From the human T2T-CHM13v2.0 reference genome, Homo sapiens: 64,000 bases of DNA. The position numbers and the translations under genes were made by a program. Positions 30,630-44,090 of the stretch are shown one piece after another. Location of the stretch: assembly GCF_009914755.1 (NCBI RefSeq), contig NC_060926.1. One strand, 5' to 3'. A model generated the notes under the pieces. The model was not told the origin of the DNA and searched no databases. It saw nothing but the letters and a program-made list of their open reading frames with translations. The first letter of the stretch is position 1. Each line of letters opens with the position of its first letter.

Positions 30630-30812
30630 GCTGTGTTTCACAGCCTGGCTGCGCTTGAAAATCCCCTGGGGACTTTAAAAATTCTGAGCTCTGAGTTCTG
30701 AGCTCCCCCAAGACTGATGGCATCAGAATCTATGGAAATGGACATCGGTTGGGTATTTTGGTTTAACCTTCCTTCAGGTGATTCTGATGTATAGCAGACT
30801 TGAACGTCACTG
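30630..30812. mobile_element. MER5A/B hAT MITE
   Basis: 'aatcccctggggactttaaaaa...catcagaatct...caggtgattctgatgt'. Confidence 0.75.
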
Positions 30813-30844
30813 ATGAGGTGGTCATACTTGGCTTAATTCTTTTA

Positions 30845-31060
30845 ATGTAGATATATCTACACATGTAGATGTATATATATGTATATATATAATATGTAGA
30901 TGTAATATAGGTAATGTAGAGATATATATACATAAACAGATGTATACACATCTATACCTACGTTATCTACATATCTACATTATCTACATATGTGTATATA
31001 TGTATATATATATATCTATACATGTATATGTATGTGTATATATGGATATATATGTGCAAT
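30845..31060. repeat. AT-rich (TA/TG/ATGTAG) low-complexity repeat
   Basis: Mixed TA/TG dinucleotide and atgtagat/atctacat units. Confidence 0.9.
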
Positions 31061-33198
31061 ATACAAAATATTTTAGTTCATATCTCTTCTAGATTTCCAA
31101 TTATTGAAAAGCATTACTCTCATGTGATTTATTATTTGCTTTGCTCATCAGGACTTTATTATATTAATAATACATGTTCTACGTTTTGGGGTTTCCATTT
31201 TTAAGAAAACACAGATTCTTTATTATCCTTATTAATGAAACGAGCAAAAAATAATTTATGTCATAAGATATTGTCCAACATAAATATCTTTTTACTATAA
31301 CTTGATGCCATCTTTGCAGAGAAGAAAAGTTTAGGACATCGTCAAAAAAGCAAAAATAAATACATATATAGATAGATAGAATAAAACAAAGTACGTATAC
31401 ATATGTTACTCTTTTTCACCTAAAAACCGTTCTGGATTATTTTCTTCTGATGCTCACAAACTGTATCACTGAAGTTTTGAAGACTTAAAAGCTATTAAAG
31501 CTGTAGTGTTTAGACTGAGTTCTCTGTTAATGTTAAATCTAATAGTAAAGAAATACCAGAAAAAACAAACAAACAAGAAAAATGCTACTTTCAGGACTCT
31601 GTTCCAATAAGTAACTTATGAGAGACACTTGCTTGTAAATTTCCATGAATCTTGCCTTCGGGGAATTTTCCTATTGAATACCAGGACTGCAATACAAAAT
31701 GTGGGCTTCTACGAAATGCTGCTGTAGGAATGTGTGCTGTAAGAAGAGCCCCACTTCCTTCTGTAATAACCAGTTTTCTCCTAACCAGAAAGGCATGGGC
31801 TTTAATGCAAAGCTCTACGGATTTACTGTCCTCCAAGATGCTTGGGCACCACAGAATACTGTCGGACTGCATTATGTGAAGGGATCACAGGTACCATTGC
31901 AAGTGAAAGTTCCAGTATCACACATACCAAGGTCTTGATAGCATATGATGGCGTAAAATTTAACAATGTATTTTTCTAACTGTTGAACATTAACTCCTAA
32001 GGAGCCCAGGGCTAACATATAAATAGCTAAGTGTTTAATTGCCCAGTTAAAGGCTGTTCACATAGTCCACTTATTCTTCCACGTATAGACAATTTGAAGG
32101 GCTTTTTTTTTTTTTTTTTTTTTTTTGGTAAATTCATGAAAGGTTTTTTCCCTTGGAGTTAATACCTAAAGAGGAAAGAGAAGCCAATGGCATGCAGTTC
32201 TTTTAGTCGGCCCACATGCGGAAAGCTGTTAGGCCTCCCTTCACTTAGTCAAACTCCAAGGAGCAAGTGTCAAAACCCTTAACTGACTGTGAAACTGACA
32301 GATGCACTTAGTCACCAAAGAGCTTTGACACTGCTTATCTCCAACCCTTCCTAAAAACTCTGCATTTAAAATTATTTTTTTAACAAATACAGGAAAGATA
32401 TTGCTTTCATCAGAAGATACGATATTTGTTTATGATCGTGTATCTTATTTTAAACTCCAAATCCAATGTCTATCTTCACAGGATTCCTTTTATATTTTTA
32501 ATAGGAGATTACGCAATAAGAATAAGTAACAAATTGAGAGAGACTAACCTAAGAAGCATGATAGGAGGGCAAATGTAGATTGTAGTTAGGAATGCTTGCC
32601 ATTTAGAGAAAGTGATTTATTGCACTGGACAAATTTTACTTTGGGTATGAACACTTAAAAAATGCAGAATCTAAAGTTAAATCAACATCCTTTCATGATT
32701 CAAAGGTCATCAAAATGCATAAATTCACATGCTTAGTCTGCCACTTTTCCCTAAAAAAAGAAAACATTATACACTAGTAAACTTTTTAAAAAATCTAATG
32801 GGAATTGTATGAAAATATTGCCTTAGTTTATGAAAATAGAAGTGATTTTTATTTCCTTTTTTATGCTTTCTTAATATTCTACAATTAATATACTATTTTA
32901 TTTATAATAAAAATGCTAAATAAAGTGTATGTTTTGTATCTTAGAATTTTCCTATATGTTACATATGTTACTCCTTAGCACAAATATGAAAAACAAATTA
33001 TTTTTTTGATAAGGAAATGATAACAGAAAGGCATTTAATTTCATTGACATTTGATGGATTTATATTTTCACCCCAATGCTAGAAATAACAAAAGTGGAAA
33101 ACTTTGGTAAAGTCATCTTTCTTATTTTTATCCAGGTCAGAGAATGATGCCATTAAATTATTTATAGAGCTGAAGTTAAAATTGTTATAAATAAATTA

Positions 33199-33567
<369 letters not shown>

Positions 33568-33769
33568 CTATAAAGAATGAATCAAAAGGCATCAGCAATT
33601 AGTAGTTTTTCTAAGAAGTTTAACGTGTTTTCATTTATGTTTTTTAAGAGTAGAAAAGTAGGATATTGAATAATGATACTTTTCGTTTTACTCAAACTCT
33701 TGAATGCTGGAATATCCTGCTATATTTATTAAAAAGTTCCCAGACAGTACCTAGACCTTAAAACTGTGT

Positions 33770-33912
33770 CTTATTATACAGACCAGAAAACTGATTCTTA
33801 ATGATGCTAAATGTCAGACTTAAAGTCACTGAAGTGCCTTGTAGAAGTGGGACTTGAATCCAAGTCCCTATATCTCAGTGTAACACTTTTTCACATGTAC
33901 CATATTGCTTCT
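33770..33912 (-). mobile_element. MIR
   Basis: 'tatacagaccagaaaactga...gggacttgaatccaagtc'. Confidence 0.55.
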
Positions 33913-34074
33913 CCTGTTGTTTCTCAATGTTGTCATTGTGAATATTGATTAAAGTTAAATTTTGTCAAATTAGTATTATAAAAATGTTCAAATATACAAA
34001 AACAGAAAAAACTCTACAGTGAACACTCATGCACCTGTCACCAACATTCTGCCATTAACTTTTAACTGTATCTC

Positions 34075-36180
34075 ATAAAACTCTTTGTCTAGAAGTCTGG
34101 TTTATCTGATATTAATGTAGTCACCTCAGCATTCTCTGGTTCTTATTTGAATGTTATAATGCTTTTATTCAATTAGTTTCAGCCTACTTGTGTTTTTATA
34201 TTTAAAGTCTCTCTCTTTCTCTCTCTCTACATCATATACAGTTGGGGCTTGCTATTTGAATCCATACTGATAATCTTTGTCTTTTCATTGGAAAGCTTAT
34301 GCCATTTACATTCAATGTAATTATTCAAATAGCTGGTTATGTGTCTGCCATTTAATTTTTTCCTGTGTCTTGTCTGATTTTGTTCCTATCTTTCTCCTTT
34401 ACTACCTTATGGGAGGTAACTAAACATTTTTTACATTTTCATTGCATCTGCTGGCTTTTTAGCTGTACCTCATTGAATCATTCTTTTGCAAGTTGTTCTA
34501 GAGAATACTATATATAGCCTTAAATGTTTATAGTCTACTTAAAGTTAATATATCATTTCCCCAAAAAATAGAGAAAACATGCTACATAGGTTCTTTTACT
34601 TTTCCATTCTTTAGCCTATTTCTGTCATATGCATTGTCATAGCTAATACATATGTTATAATGGTGTTAATTTTTTTTCCAATGGTCATACATAACCTAAA
34701 GAAATTCACAGAAACATCATCTTTTTTAAATATCTAAATATTTATACTTCCATCCTAGAATTCTCAGTTTCCATCTATCATGATACCTTTCAACATGGTG
34801 AACTTCCTCTAGAGTATGTGTGCTGACAAAAATTTACTTAGTTTTAACATTTATGTAAGTGTCTTCAGTTCGCATTTTTTCTTGAAGGATATTTTTACTG
34901 TATATAGAATTCAAGGTTGGTGGGACGTTAAAGATCTCTTGCCCTCCATCATTTCTGATGATAAATTAGTCATTATTCATATAGTTGTTTTCTTATATGT
35001 AATACGGTATTTTATTCTGGCCACTTTCAATATTTTCTGTTTACTTTTTTATGTATCTTTCTTGGACTATGCTGAGCTCCAATCTATAAAGTTATGTCTT
35101 TCAACAAATTTGGGCAACTTTGCAAATTCTTTATCCAAATATTCTTTCTGCCCTATTATCTTTATTTTTTCATTCCGGAATCCCAATTACACCTATGATT
35201 GATGTTTTGATATTGTCTCCCAAGTCCTCAGGCACTTTTCACTTTTTTCCTATTTTTTTCTTCCTGGTTCTTCAGATTGGTAATTTCCATTAATCTGTCT
35301 TCTCCTCCAGTGACTCCTTTCTACCACCTTGAATCTGCCATTAATTTCATTCAGTAAAATGTTGAAACTTCAGATATTGTGTTTTATAGTTCTACAATTT
35401 CCATTGAATCATTTTTTTCATATTTTCCATATCTGTGTCCTGAGATTTCCTATTTGTTATGCTGATTACAAATAGGTTTTTAATACCTACAGTAGATGAA
35501 TGTTAAGTCCTCTGATAAATTTAGTGTCTATCTCATCTCAGAGCTGGTCTCCATTGATAGCTTTTTCTGTTAAATATGGGTTATGTGTTCCTGAATTTTT
35601 GTAGATTGAGTAATTTCTGAATTATATCCAGAAAATTGTGAATTTTAAGTTGTGGATATTTTGGATTTTGCTATATTCTTCCAGAGGGTGTTAATTGCTT
35701 TGATTAGCAGGCAGTTAACTTGGCTGAACTGAAACTTTAAACTCTGAAGTAGGTGGAAGTTGAAATGTTCTGTTAGCCTTGGCTGCACTGCTTGGAGTCT
35801 GTTTCATGCGTGGGTTGCCCAAGGTCCAGCCAGAGGTTTAGGGAAAGTTTACATGTATAATTTGAGGCTTCACATCTGTGGTTCTCACTTCTCAGTATTC
35901 TCTTCATCCTTTGCTTTCCAGCTATTGTGATTGCTGTAAATTTTGCCCTTGGGTTCTTTAAGTCAATAAGAGTGAATGTGTCTATCCCAATGTAGGTCAA
36001 CCACATGTTGAAGGTAAGGTTTGCCCTAAGGCCTCATGCTGTAAAATGTGGGGGAATTCACTCAGGGAAATTTCCTTCTTCCAAGTGTAGAACCCCCTTC
36101 AATTTCTGCCTAGCTTTGATAACTGTCCGGTGTATAGTTGTTTTCTAAGAAAGTATTTTGTTGGATAATGACTATGGTAC
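34075..36180 (-). mobile_element. Old L1ME-like 5' half (5'UTR, ORF1, start of ORF2)
   Basis: Antisense EN 'tctgatattaatgtagtcacctcagc', 'ccatttacattcaatgtaattatt'; ORF1 'ttgaaggatatttttactgtatatagaattc'. Confidence 0.8.
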
Positions 36181-36254
36181 AAAATAGAACCATGTTAAAA
36201 TCAACTTTTGTCCTGTCTTTGTTTAGCACATCTTTTAATTATTGTGATAGTTGA

Positions 36255-37350
36255 GGCACATTGTTCTGTGGTTATAAGCAGAGACACACTTGTTGGGTTC
36301 AAATATCAGCTCTTTCACTATATGTGTGACTTCTTTGTTTCTCATTTACAAAATGGAAATAATTTCATAGAATTGTTTTTGGGCGCAGTAATGATATAGA
36401 AAAAAATCAAATTTGGTTTCTTCAATTATTCTTTCACAGCACAGAATACTTCTTTGACCAGATGTGTGGGGTTTCTCCCCTCTCACCCCACCCCTACCTT
36501 CCCACCTCACCCCCAGCACAAAGCAATTTTCCAGCCCCAAATTCTCCAAGAGACACTGAGTGTTCTAAAATTCAACTCAGTTCTGACACTATCAACCTGG
36601 CGGTAGTCTCAGATCCCACAGATTGAGGGTCCAGTCCCGTAAGACTGCCCCCACTTCAAATGCCAGTCGCAAGCACTGGTTGTGGCCCATGTTTCTAACC
36701 AACCAGCTATAAATTGGGATTCCCATAACCCCCTTTTCTGGTTCAATGAATTTGCTAAAGTGACTCACAGAACTCAGGGAAACACTACTTATATTTACCC
36801 ATTGATTGTATAAAGGATATTACAAAAGATACAAGCGGACTGTCAGATGGAAGAGATGCATAGGGCAAAGTATATGGGAAGCAGCATAGAGCTTCCATGC
36901 CCTCCACAGGTGTACCACCCTCCAAGAACCTGTATGTGTTCAGCTATCTGGAAACTCCCCAAAGTAAGTCCTTTTGGGTTTATTATGCAGGCATAATTGA
37001 TTAAGTCATTAACCATTGGCGATCATCTTAACCTTCAGACCTTCTCTCCTGACTGGTGTTGTGGTGTGGGCTGAAAGTTCCCAACCTCTAATCCCACTAT
37101 GGTCTTTCTGGTGACCAATCCCCATTCTGAAGCTACCTAGGGGCTGCATCCATCACCCCATTCACATACAAAGAACACTCATTACTCCAAAGATTCCAAG
37201 AGTTTTAGGGCTTTTTGCTACAAACCAAGGGGCCAAGACCAAATGTATACTTTACAATTACGCAGCACTAAATGAAATACTATTTGTGAAGTGGCTAGGA
37301 TAGTGACTGGTACATAACAGATATTCAAACATTAATTACTGGCTATTGTT
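36255..37350 (+). mobile_element. MIR split by the MER21 insertion (36255-36391 and 37265-37350)
   Basis: 'gggttcaaatatcagctct...tttctcatttacaaaatgg' resumes as 'taaatgaaatactatttgtgaagtggctaggatagtgactggtacata'. Confidence 0.7.
36392..37264 (-). mobile_element. MER21-family solo LTR
   Basis: 'ttctgacactatcaacctgg...tcagatcccacagattgaggg...aagactgcccccacttca', 'tcacagaactcagggaaacact'; TG...CA termini. Confidence 0.9.
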
Positions 37351-39334
37351 AATGTAAACATTCTTTTTTAAAAAAATGTTACAGATTATACAATCTCTAC
37401 CTATGGAACTCAGGCCACTAAAATTCACAAATATCTATATTTGGCCATCTTTAAAGTCAAACCTTGTACTATTCCCAGTTTACAATCTTCCTTGGAAGAA
37501 TTAAAGAAAACAGATAAACATATCAATGTGCTTAGGGCCACCTGCCTTTGAGAAATGACTGAAATTTCGCCTGCTGGAAATCAATTACTAAAATTTTATG
37601 AAATTTTCTGCCTCTGATCAATTATTTTATGTGGCTGACTAAGCTGTCTGTATGCTTTTTAGTTGACTAGACAGAAAACTTGGATGTGGATCAGATCCAT
37701 GCATCCTTCCATCAAAAGAGCAAGCTTACTTTCTTGCATCTGGCCGCATGACTTTATGCTATCCATTTTCACTTCCAAAGTCAATGTTACAGATACTGAT
37801 GAAGTTAGAAATTTAGAATTTTAAAATAATTTTATAGTTTTTAAGGTTGCTTTTTCCACTCAAAAATAAGTGAAAGTCAATCAACTAATGAATCCCCTCT
37901 TTCTCTTTATTTGGACCACCTCTAAGTGTCCATTTGCACAGGGCCTATTTTTGCAGACATGTTAATAGAAAATACTGACTGCAGAGGAGAAAGTAAGCCT
38001 GTCGCCTTTTTTCATCTTCTGCAGCTGCCTCTAGCTGCACATCCAGAGCTTTTAAAATTTAGGGGTATTATGGAAATTATAGAACTTGTGAAGGGATGCC
38101 TCAGGGAAAAAAAAGTTATAAACTTCACAAGACTCATGAATCATAGGCAAAATTTATTCAGAGTAGAAACTTCCATGTTATTCAGACATCACATCAACAG
38201 AGCTTCCTTTGCAGAGCCTTTCTAGCCTGAAATCCATACCATTGCTGAAACCATATATGTGCCCATCATTTTCCTGCATTGTATTCCTCTAATTTATGTT
38301 TTGTCCCTCAGGCAAGGATCAAATGGGGTTTTTCAAATGTTGGTAAAGAGTTTTCACATATTGTCATCTTATAAATATAAATTAATAATAATAGTAATAA
38401 TGATAACAATGCTCTATTACAAAACGGATATTTACAGTAAGGCATTAAAAGCAATTTAACAGAAAACCTCAAGATTTAGCATGAAGCAATGCTTAGCAGA
38501 ATATTACAAAAGCTACCAGTGCCTCTAGCTATAATATTTTATTCAGTTCCGTAAGTTTGAAAGCTCTTTTTTCCCCAATAAGAACTGGGAAGTGCTGTCG
38601 AATTGCTTTACCTCACTTTTATTGCTTTCCCTTTCTAGAGATGAGGATTGATGAACAAAACCTTCCTTCATTTGTAGTTGAATATTTATACCCAATATTT
38701 TATTTTCTTCTTTCAAATAATTTTAGCCAAACTTCTCTTGAACTAAATTAAAAAGCAGAATGCAAATTGTCTGTATATTGTGGTTGCAATTATGTAAAAA
38801 TATGACTGCATATAAATAAAGGACTGGAAGGGAATACACAGAAATTACTTTAATTATATAAGTATGATGGAAAAGACAGGAGTTTCATCCCCATACATAA
38901 ACCGTTTAAATTTTATGTAATATTCTGTTATTGTTTGTACAATAATATTTTATTTTTTTAAAAGTTTCCCCACTGAGGCTGAGACAGGAACAAATGCAGA
39001 CCCGTCAAATTAGGTGATTTTAAAATTAAATCATTTCTTCTACTTTTCAGAAGCCCCTACTCCTAGCTTCCCTACCCATTCCTCTTCCAATAAGTTGATA
39101 CGGTTATTCATTGAACTGAAGTTTTTATTGAGCACCTAAAGTCCATCAGCTCATGCGGATGCAGTAGCCGCCATGGCAGGCTATCATCTGATTTCCGCCT
39201 AAGTTTCCCCCCACATCAACTGATTTTCCCCTAATATTTTTGCTGACTTCCAGTGATTGTCCCAACTCTGCCACTCCTTTTTATGATTAGTCTAGTTCCT
39301 TTCCTGTCATTACCAAATCTCTCATCCAAACGAT

Positions 39335-39857
39335 TGTTATAGAACCAAACCAGGTCCATTTACCCGTGAGCAATGGAAAGGTAAACATGAAGCCTGGGAT
39401 TTTTGTAGAGAGAAAGGTTTATTGCAAAACGGCCAAGCAACGAGACAGGAGATGGGCTCAAAACTGTCTTCCTTGTACTGGCTTGAAAGCCATATTTGTA
39501 AAAGAAGGATTTGGAGGAAAGTGTTTCAGGGTAGATTAGTGATTGGCCAGGGAACGGGGATGTTTGGAAAGTCCCTTGCCCATGTGCAGTTGCCTCTTCA
39601 TGGGTGGCATGTGAAAATTTAGGGGGAGTTAGTATGAAACTTGGGGCGGAAGTTCAGACGGTGACGTCAAAAGATCACCCCGTGGCCCGGCAAATCCTTG
39701 CGCGAGCTCCTGTCGGTCATATTGGTTCTGGCGGGTTTCAGCTGGTCCTGTGGTCTCATAGTGGACATCCTGCAAAATAAACACAGAGATTTTGTTAATC
39801 AACAGTCCCTTTTAAACCAGTTCTTTGGTCTATTTAACCCTGTGAGGCACAGTTTCA
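39335..39857 (-). mobile_element. ERV1 solo LTR, MER67-like
   Basis: TG...CA termini; perfect 4-bp TSD cgat (39331-39334 / 39858-39861); minus-strand AATAAA at 39418-39423; minus strand reads tgaaactgtgcc...gtttcatactaactccccct...ggactttcca. Confidence 0.85.
39540..39735 (-). promoter_or_regulatory. Candidate LTR promoter: CCAAT boxes, GC-box/ETS composite, full CRE, CpG-rich
   Basis: ATTGG 39542-39546 and 39721-39725; GGGGCGGAAGT 39643-39653; TGACGTCA 39662-39669; 9 CpGs in about 90 bp. Confidence 0.5.
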
Positions 39858-39899
39858 CGATCTTTAAAGAAGGATCTTGTGCTCAAAATGTAACCCCTA

Positions 39900-40860
39900 A
39901 CCTCTCCAAACTTTCCTCTCCTCTGAAAAACACCAAAGACATCTGCGACCCACGCACCGTGGCCTTTCCTCCTTGCCTGGTGTCGCTCATTGCAGAGAGA
40001 CATTTCACCGACGGAACCAACTGCTTCCTCTTAAACCTCTGCTCTTTTGTCACACTAAATCTACTTTTCCTTGCTGATTTGAATGACAACTCTCATTTCT
40101 TAGTCCCCTACTTTTTTTCCTTTATTATACCCTACTTTTGACATGTCTGTTTCTCAAAAATTCTTTGAAATTTTTCTATCGTCTCTCATCTGCTGAGACA
40201 ATGCTTAAAATGATCATTATATATCTATATATGATTGTATATGCTATATGTGGTATAATGTCATATATACACCATCATAACAGCTAAATTCTGTAGAGGG
40301 ATTATTATATGCCAGGTTCTGTATTAATAAGTACAGACTTTGTTTCCATGATTTTATTTAATTCTTATAGCAACCATAAAAGGCAAAAATGCCTTTTTTT
40401 TTTCTTTTGAGAAAACCTCTGAGCTTAAAGAGATAGAAACATTTTCCTAATGCAGCATTGTTGTGAATGGAGGAAATAGGCTCCAACTTCAAAAGTGTCT
40501 GAGGACAGAGCTCACCTTCCTAGCTGCTGGGCTATGCCCTGACTGCATTACTCCAACTCCCAAGTCTGACCTGGCTTCGCTGGTAAATTGTTTCCCATCA
40601 TTTCCACCCCATCCAAATATCTGCTAGTCTTTTCCACAAAAATGACACACCAAGACCTTATTATACACAACATTTAAGATGACAAGTGTTCTTTCCCTAA
40701 AATATTTTCTTTAATTTATCCGCTTATTTCAAGGTCATCATCACTGTAGTCCGTATTCAAAACAAAGCTCTTTACCTCTGGCCTTTCCTTCTCTTCTGTC
40801 ACCCACATCTACAAAGTTACCAAGGTTTGTGGCTTTTTTGCTTCAAAGCCTCTGCCAGTT
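39900..40860 (+). mobile_element. L2 ORF2 fragments (with an antisense MIR at ~40270-40540)
   Basis: 'caccaaagacatct...catttcac...ctgcttcctcttaaac...tttcttagtcccc' and 'acccacatctacaaagttaccaagg' L2-like. Confidence 0.55.
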
Positions 40861-41210
40861 TGCCAGAAGGAATACACACGAACACATATGTACAGATATA
40901 TATGCAACAGCAAAAACCACTTGCAAAAGATTTTTTCTAAGAAACCATATGTAAAAACAGATGAGAAATATCCTTAATATCAATGCACATAGAGGGAATA
41001 AAGCCATCAACTAAGAGAAAAACAAATTGTATCAGAAAACAAAACTAAAATGTGTATGTGTGTGTACGAAAGCCACACAAAGTAAAATTACTTAGAAAGA
41101 CTAAAGGTAAAGTGCGTAAAAACTACCAAACAAAACAAATAAAAAGAAATCAGAAACTCTTTGTTCCAGGCAAAAATACAAGGCAAAAGCATGAAATAAA
41201 ACAAAAAATA

Positions 41211-41965
<755 letters not shown>

Positions 41966-42263
41966 CAGAGTGTCTCTCTGTCACCCAGGCTAATGTGCAG
42001 TGGCCAGATCATAGCTCACTGCAGCTTCAAACTCCTGGGCTCAGGGAGGCTCCTTCTGCCTCAGCCTCTTGAGTAGCAGGAACTACAGGCATGTGCCAAT
42101 GTGCCACAGTGCTTTGCGAATTTTCTTTCCTTTTTTTTTTTTTTTTTTCAGAGATGGAGTCTTTCTATGTTTCTCAGGCTGGTTTCAAACTCCTGGCCTC
42201 ATACAATCCTCCTGCCTCAGCCTCTAGACTAGCCAGATTGTAAGCACAAACTACCACGCCCTG
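41966..42263 (-). mobile_element. AluJ-like SINE lacking its tail
   Basis: 'gatcatagctcactgcagcttcaaactcctgggctca' AluJ diagnostics; diverged. Confidence 0.88.
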
Positions 42264-42420
42264 ATCAAGTGTGTATCTTCTACAGCCAGTCCTCCATCTC
42301 ATTTGGATTTTTCTGACTTTATGAGATATTTTCTTAGCTGCCCTGACTCCAGTTTTCCCTGTTTCCAGAAGAGTTTTACATAGGACATTCAATGTCCTAT
42401 AACACTAACCTCCCCCTCCA

Positions 42421-42670
42421 AGGCAGCACAGCACAAAGGCTGTGAGAACAGGCTTTCAAGCCAGAGGCCTGAGTTCAAATCCCAGCTCCAGTACTTACTG
42501 TCTTTATAAACTGGGCAAGTTACTTAACCCTCTGTGCCTTAATTTCCTCACAGGTAAACAGTGGACCTAACTCACAAGGATCTAAAAAAAAATTAAATAA
42601 ATTAGTATTGGTAAAATTCTTAGAAGTACCATGTAGATATATAATAAGATATAAATAATTGTTATTGTTA
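42421..42670 (+). mobile_element. MIR
   Basis: 'ctgagttcaaatcccagctcc...tgggcaagttacttaaccctctgtgccttaatttcctca'. Confidence 0.88.
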
Positions 42671-42688
42671 AATAAACATGTATGCTTC

Positions 42689-43110
42689 TGCTATGATTTA
42701 ACTGTACCCTCCAAAACTCAGTTGAAATTTAATCCCCTATGTGGCAATATTCAGAGGTGGGGCCTTTAAGATGTGATTAGGTTACAAGGGCCCTGACCTC
42801 ATGAATAGATTAATCCATTTATGAATTAATGGGTTCATGGATTAATAGATTATCACAGGAGTGGAACTGGTGGCTTTGTAAGAAGCGAAGGGGGACCTGA
42901 GCTAGCACACTCAGCCCCCGCACCGTGTGATGCTCTGCGCCACTTTGGGATTCTTCAGAGCTTCCCCATCAGCAAGAAGGCTCTCACCAGAGAGGGGCCC
43001 ATGGCCTTGGACTTCCCAACCTCCACAACTGTAAGAAAGTAATTTATTTTCTATGTAAATTACCCAGTTTCAGGTATTCTGTAAGAAGCAACAGAAAATG
43101 GACTAAGACA
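42689..43110 (+). mobile_element. MSTC/MSTD-like MaLR solo LTR
   Basis: Starts tgctatgattt..., ends 'gcaacagaaaatggactaagaca'. Confidence 0.9.
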
Positions 43111-43119
43111 GTTGCTGGT

Positions 43120-43660
43120 TAAACAACGTCTGTGAGTAAAAGTAAATATGAGTTCATCAACCTGAAACCAAGCCCTTTGTTTTTTCAGAAGACAGTCTGT
43201 TTTCCCAGCATCACACCCCAGTTTTCCAGCATTATATCCCTCAACCTCACTGTAAATGCTGCTAAATCAGACAGCTCACCCAGTGGACCTGACGACTTTC
43301 TTCTTCCAGCTCCTTTGCAGTCATTCAGTCTGCAATGCCTCCCCATCGTCTCTGCCCACACATCCTTTAAGCCCTAGCTCAAGTGCCACTTCTATCTGAA
43401 AGCCACTCCATGATCATCCCTGTCGGAGACCATCTAGGCCTCCTTGAAAATTGTATTGCTCTTTGTTACTGTCCTATGGGACTTATGGACTATGTGACAA
43501 GAATGTCACATTTTTGTTCCATTTTTTGTTTTCCTAAATTTTAAGCTCAGTGACTGAGAGGATGTGCTCATTCTTCCTTCATAAATTCCACTGTTTCTGA
43601 TACAGGTTTTAAAATTGCTCCACGTTCTGAAACATAGTTTGAATCACTGAAGGAAAAGAA
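43120..43660 (+). mobile_element. L2 fragments
   Basis: 'catcctttaagccctagctcaagtgccacttctatctgaaagcc'. Confidence 0.5.
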
Positions 43661-43844
43661 TTTTTCATGTACTAAAACAGAGCAAACATGTTTTTACGTC
43701 AATAAGTTTCTAAACCCTTATCCAATAATGCAGCTCAATGTTAATCAGCCATGCCGCCTCATTTGTTATTTAGGAAAATTTTGTTATAGTACTTTTCTGG
43801 TTTCTTTTTTTCTCTTGTCATTGACAAAAAGATTATACCTTTGT

Positions 43845-44090
43845 TCTATACTATAACATAGTTAAAGGGTGCAAGCAAGATGTATAAAAAGCATTGAATC
43901 CTATCTCTACCGCTGGTAGCTCTCTGCTCTTGAGTGTTATATAACTTCTCTGAGCCTGTTTCTTCATGTGTAAAATAAAGCAATACCATGCAAGATTAAT
44001 GTCAAGATTAAATAAGACTTCTGTAATGTATTTGGCCCATAGTAAGAATGCAATAAAAGATAGCCAATAAGAGTAGTTGTAATAATAATA
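43845..44090 (+). mobile_element. MIR
   Basis: 'taacttctctgagcctgtttcttcatgtgtaaaat...tggcccatagtaag'. Confidence 0.7.

Noticed and set aside
39698-40141. 147-aa ORF with signal-peptide-like N-terminus
   Set aside because: Starts at TTG, runs antisense through the LTR and across the TSD into L2, and has no recognisable homology.
43492-43511. Hairpin atgtgaca-agaa-tgtcacat followed by Ts (terminator-like)
   Set aside because: 8-bp arms are expected by chance in 64 kb, and intrinsic terminators are irrelevant in this genome.
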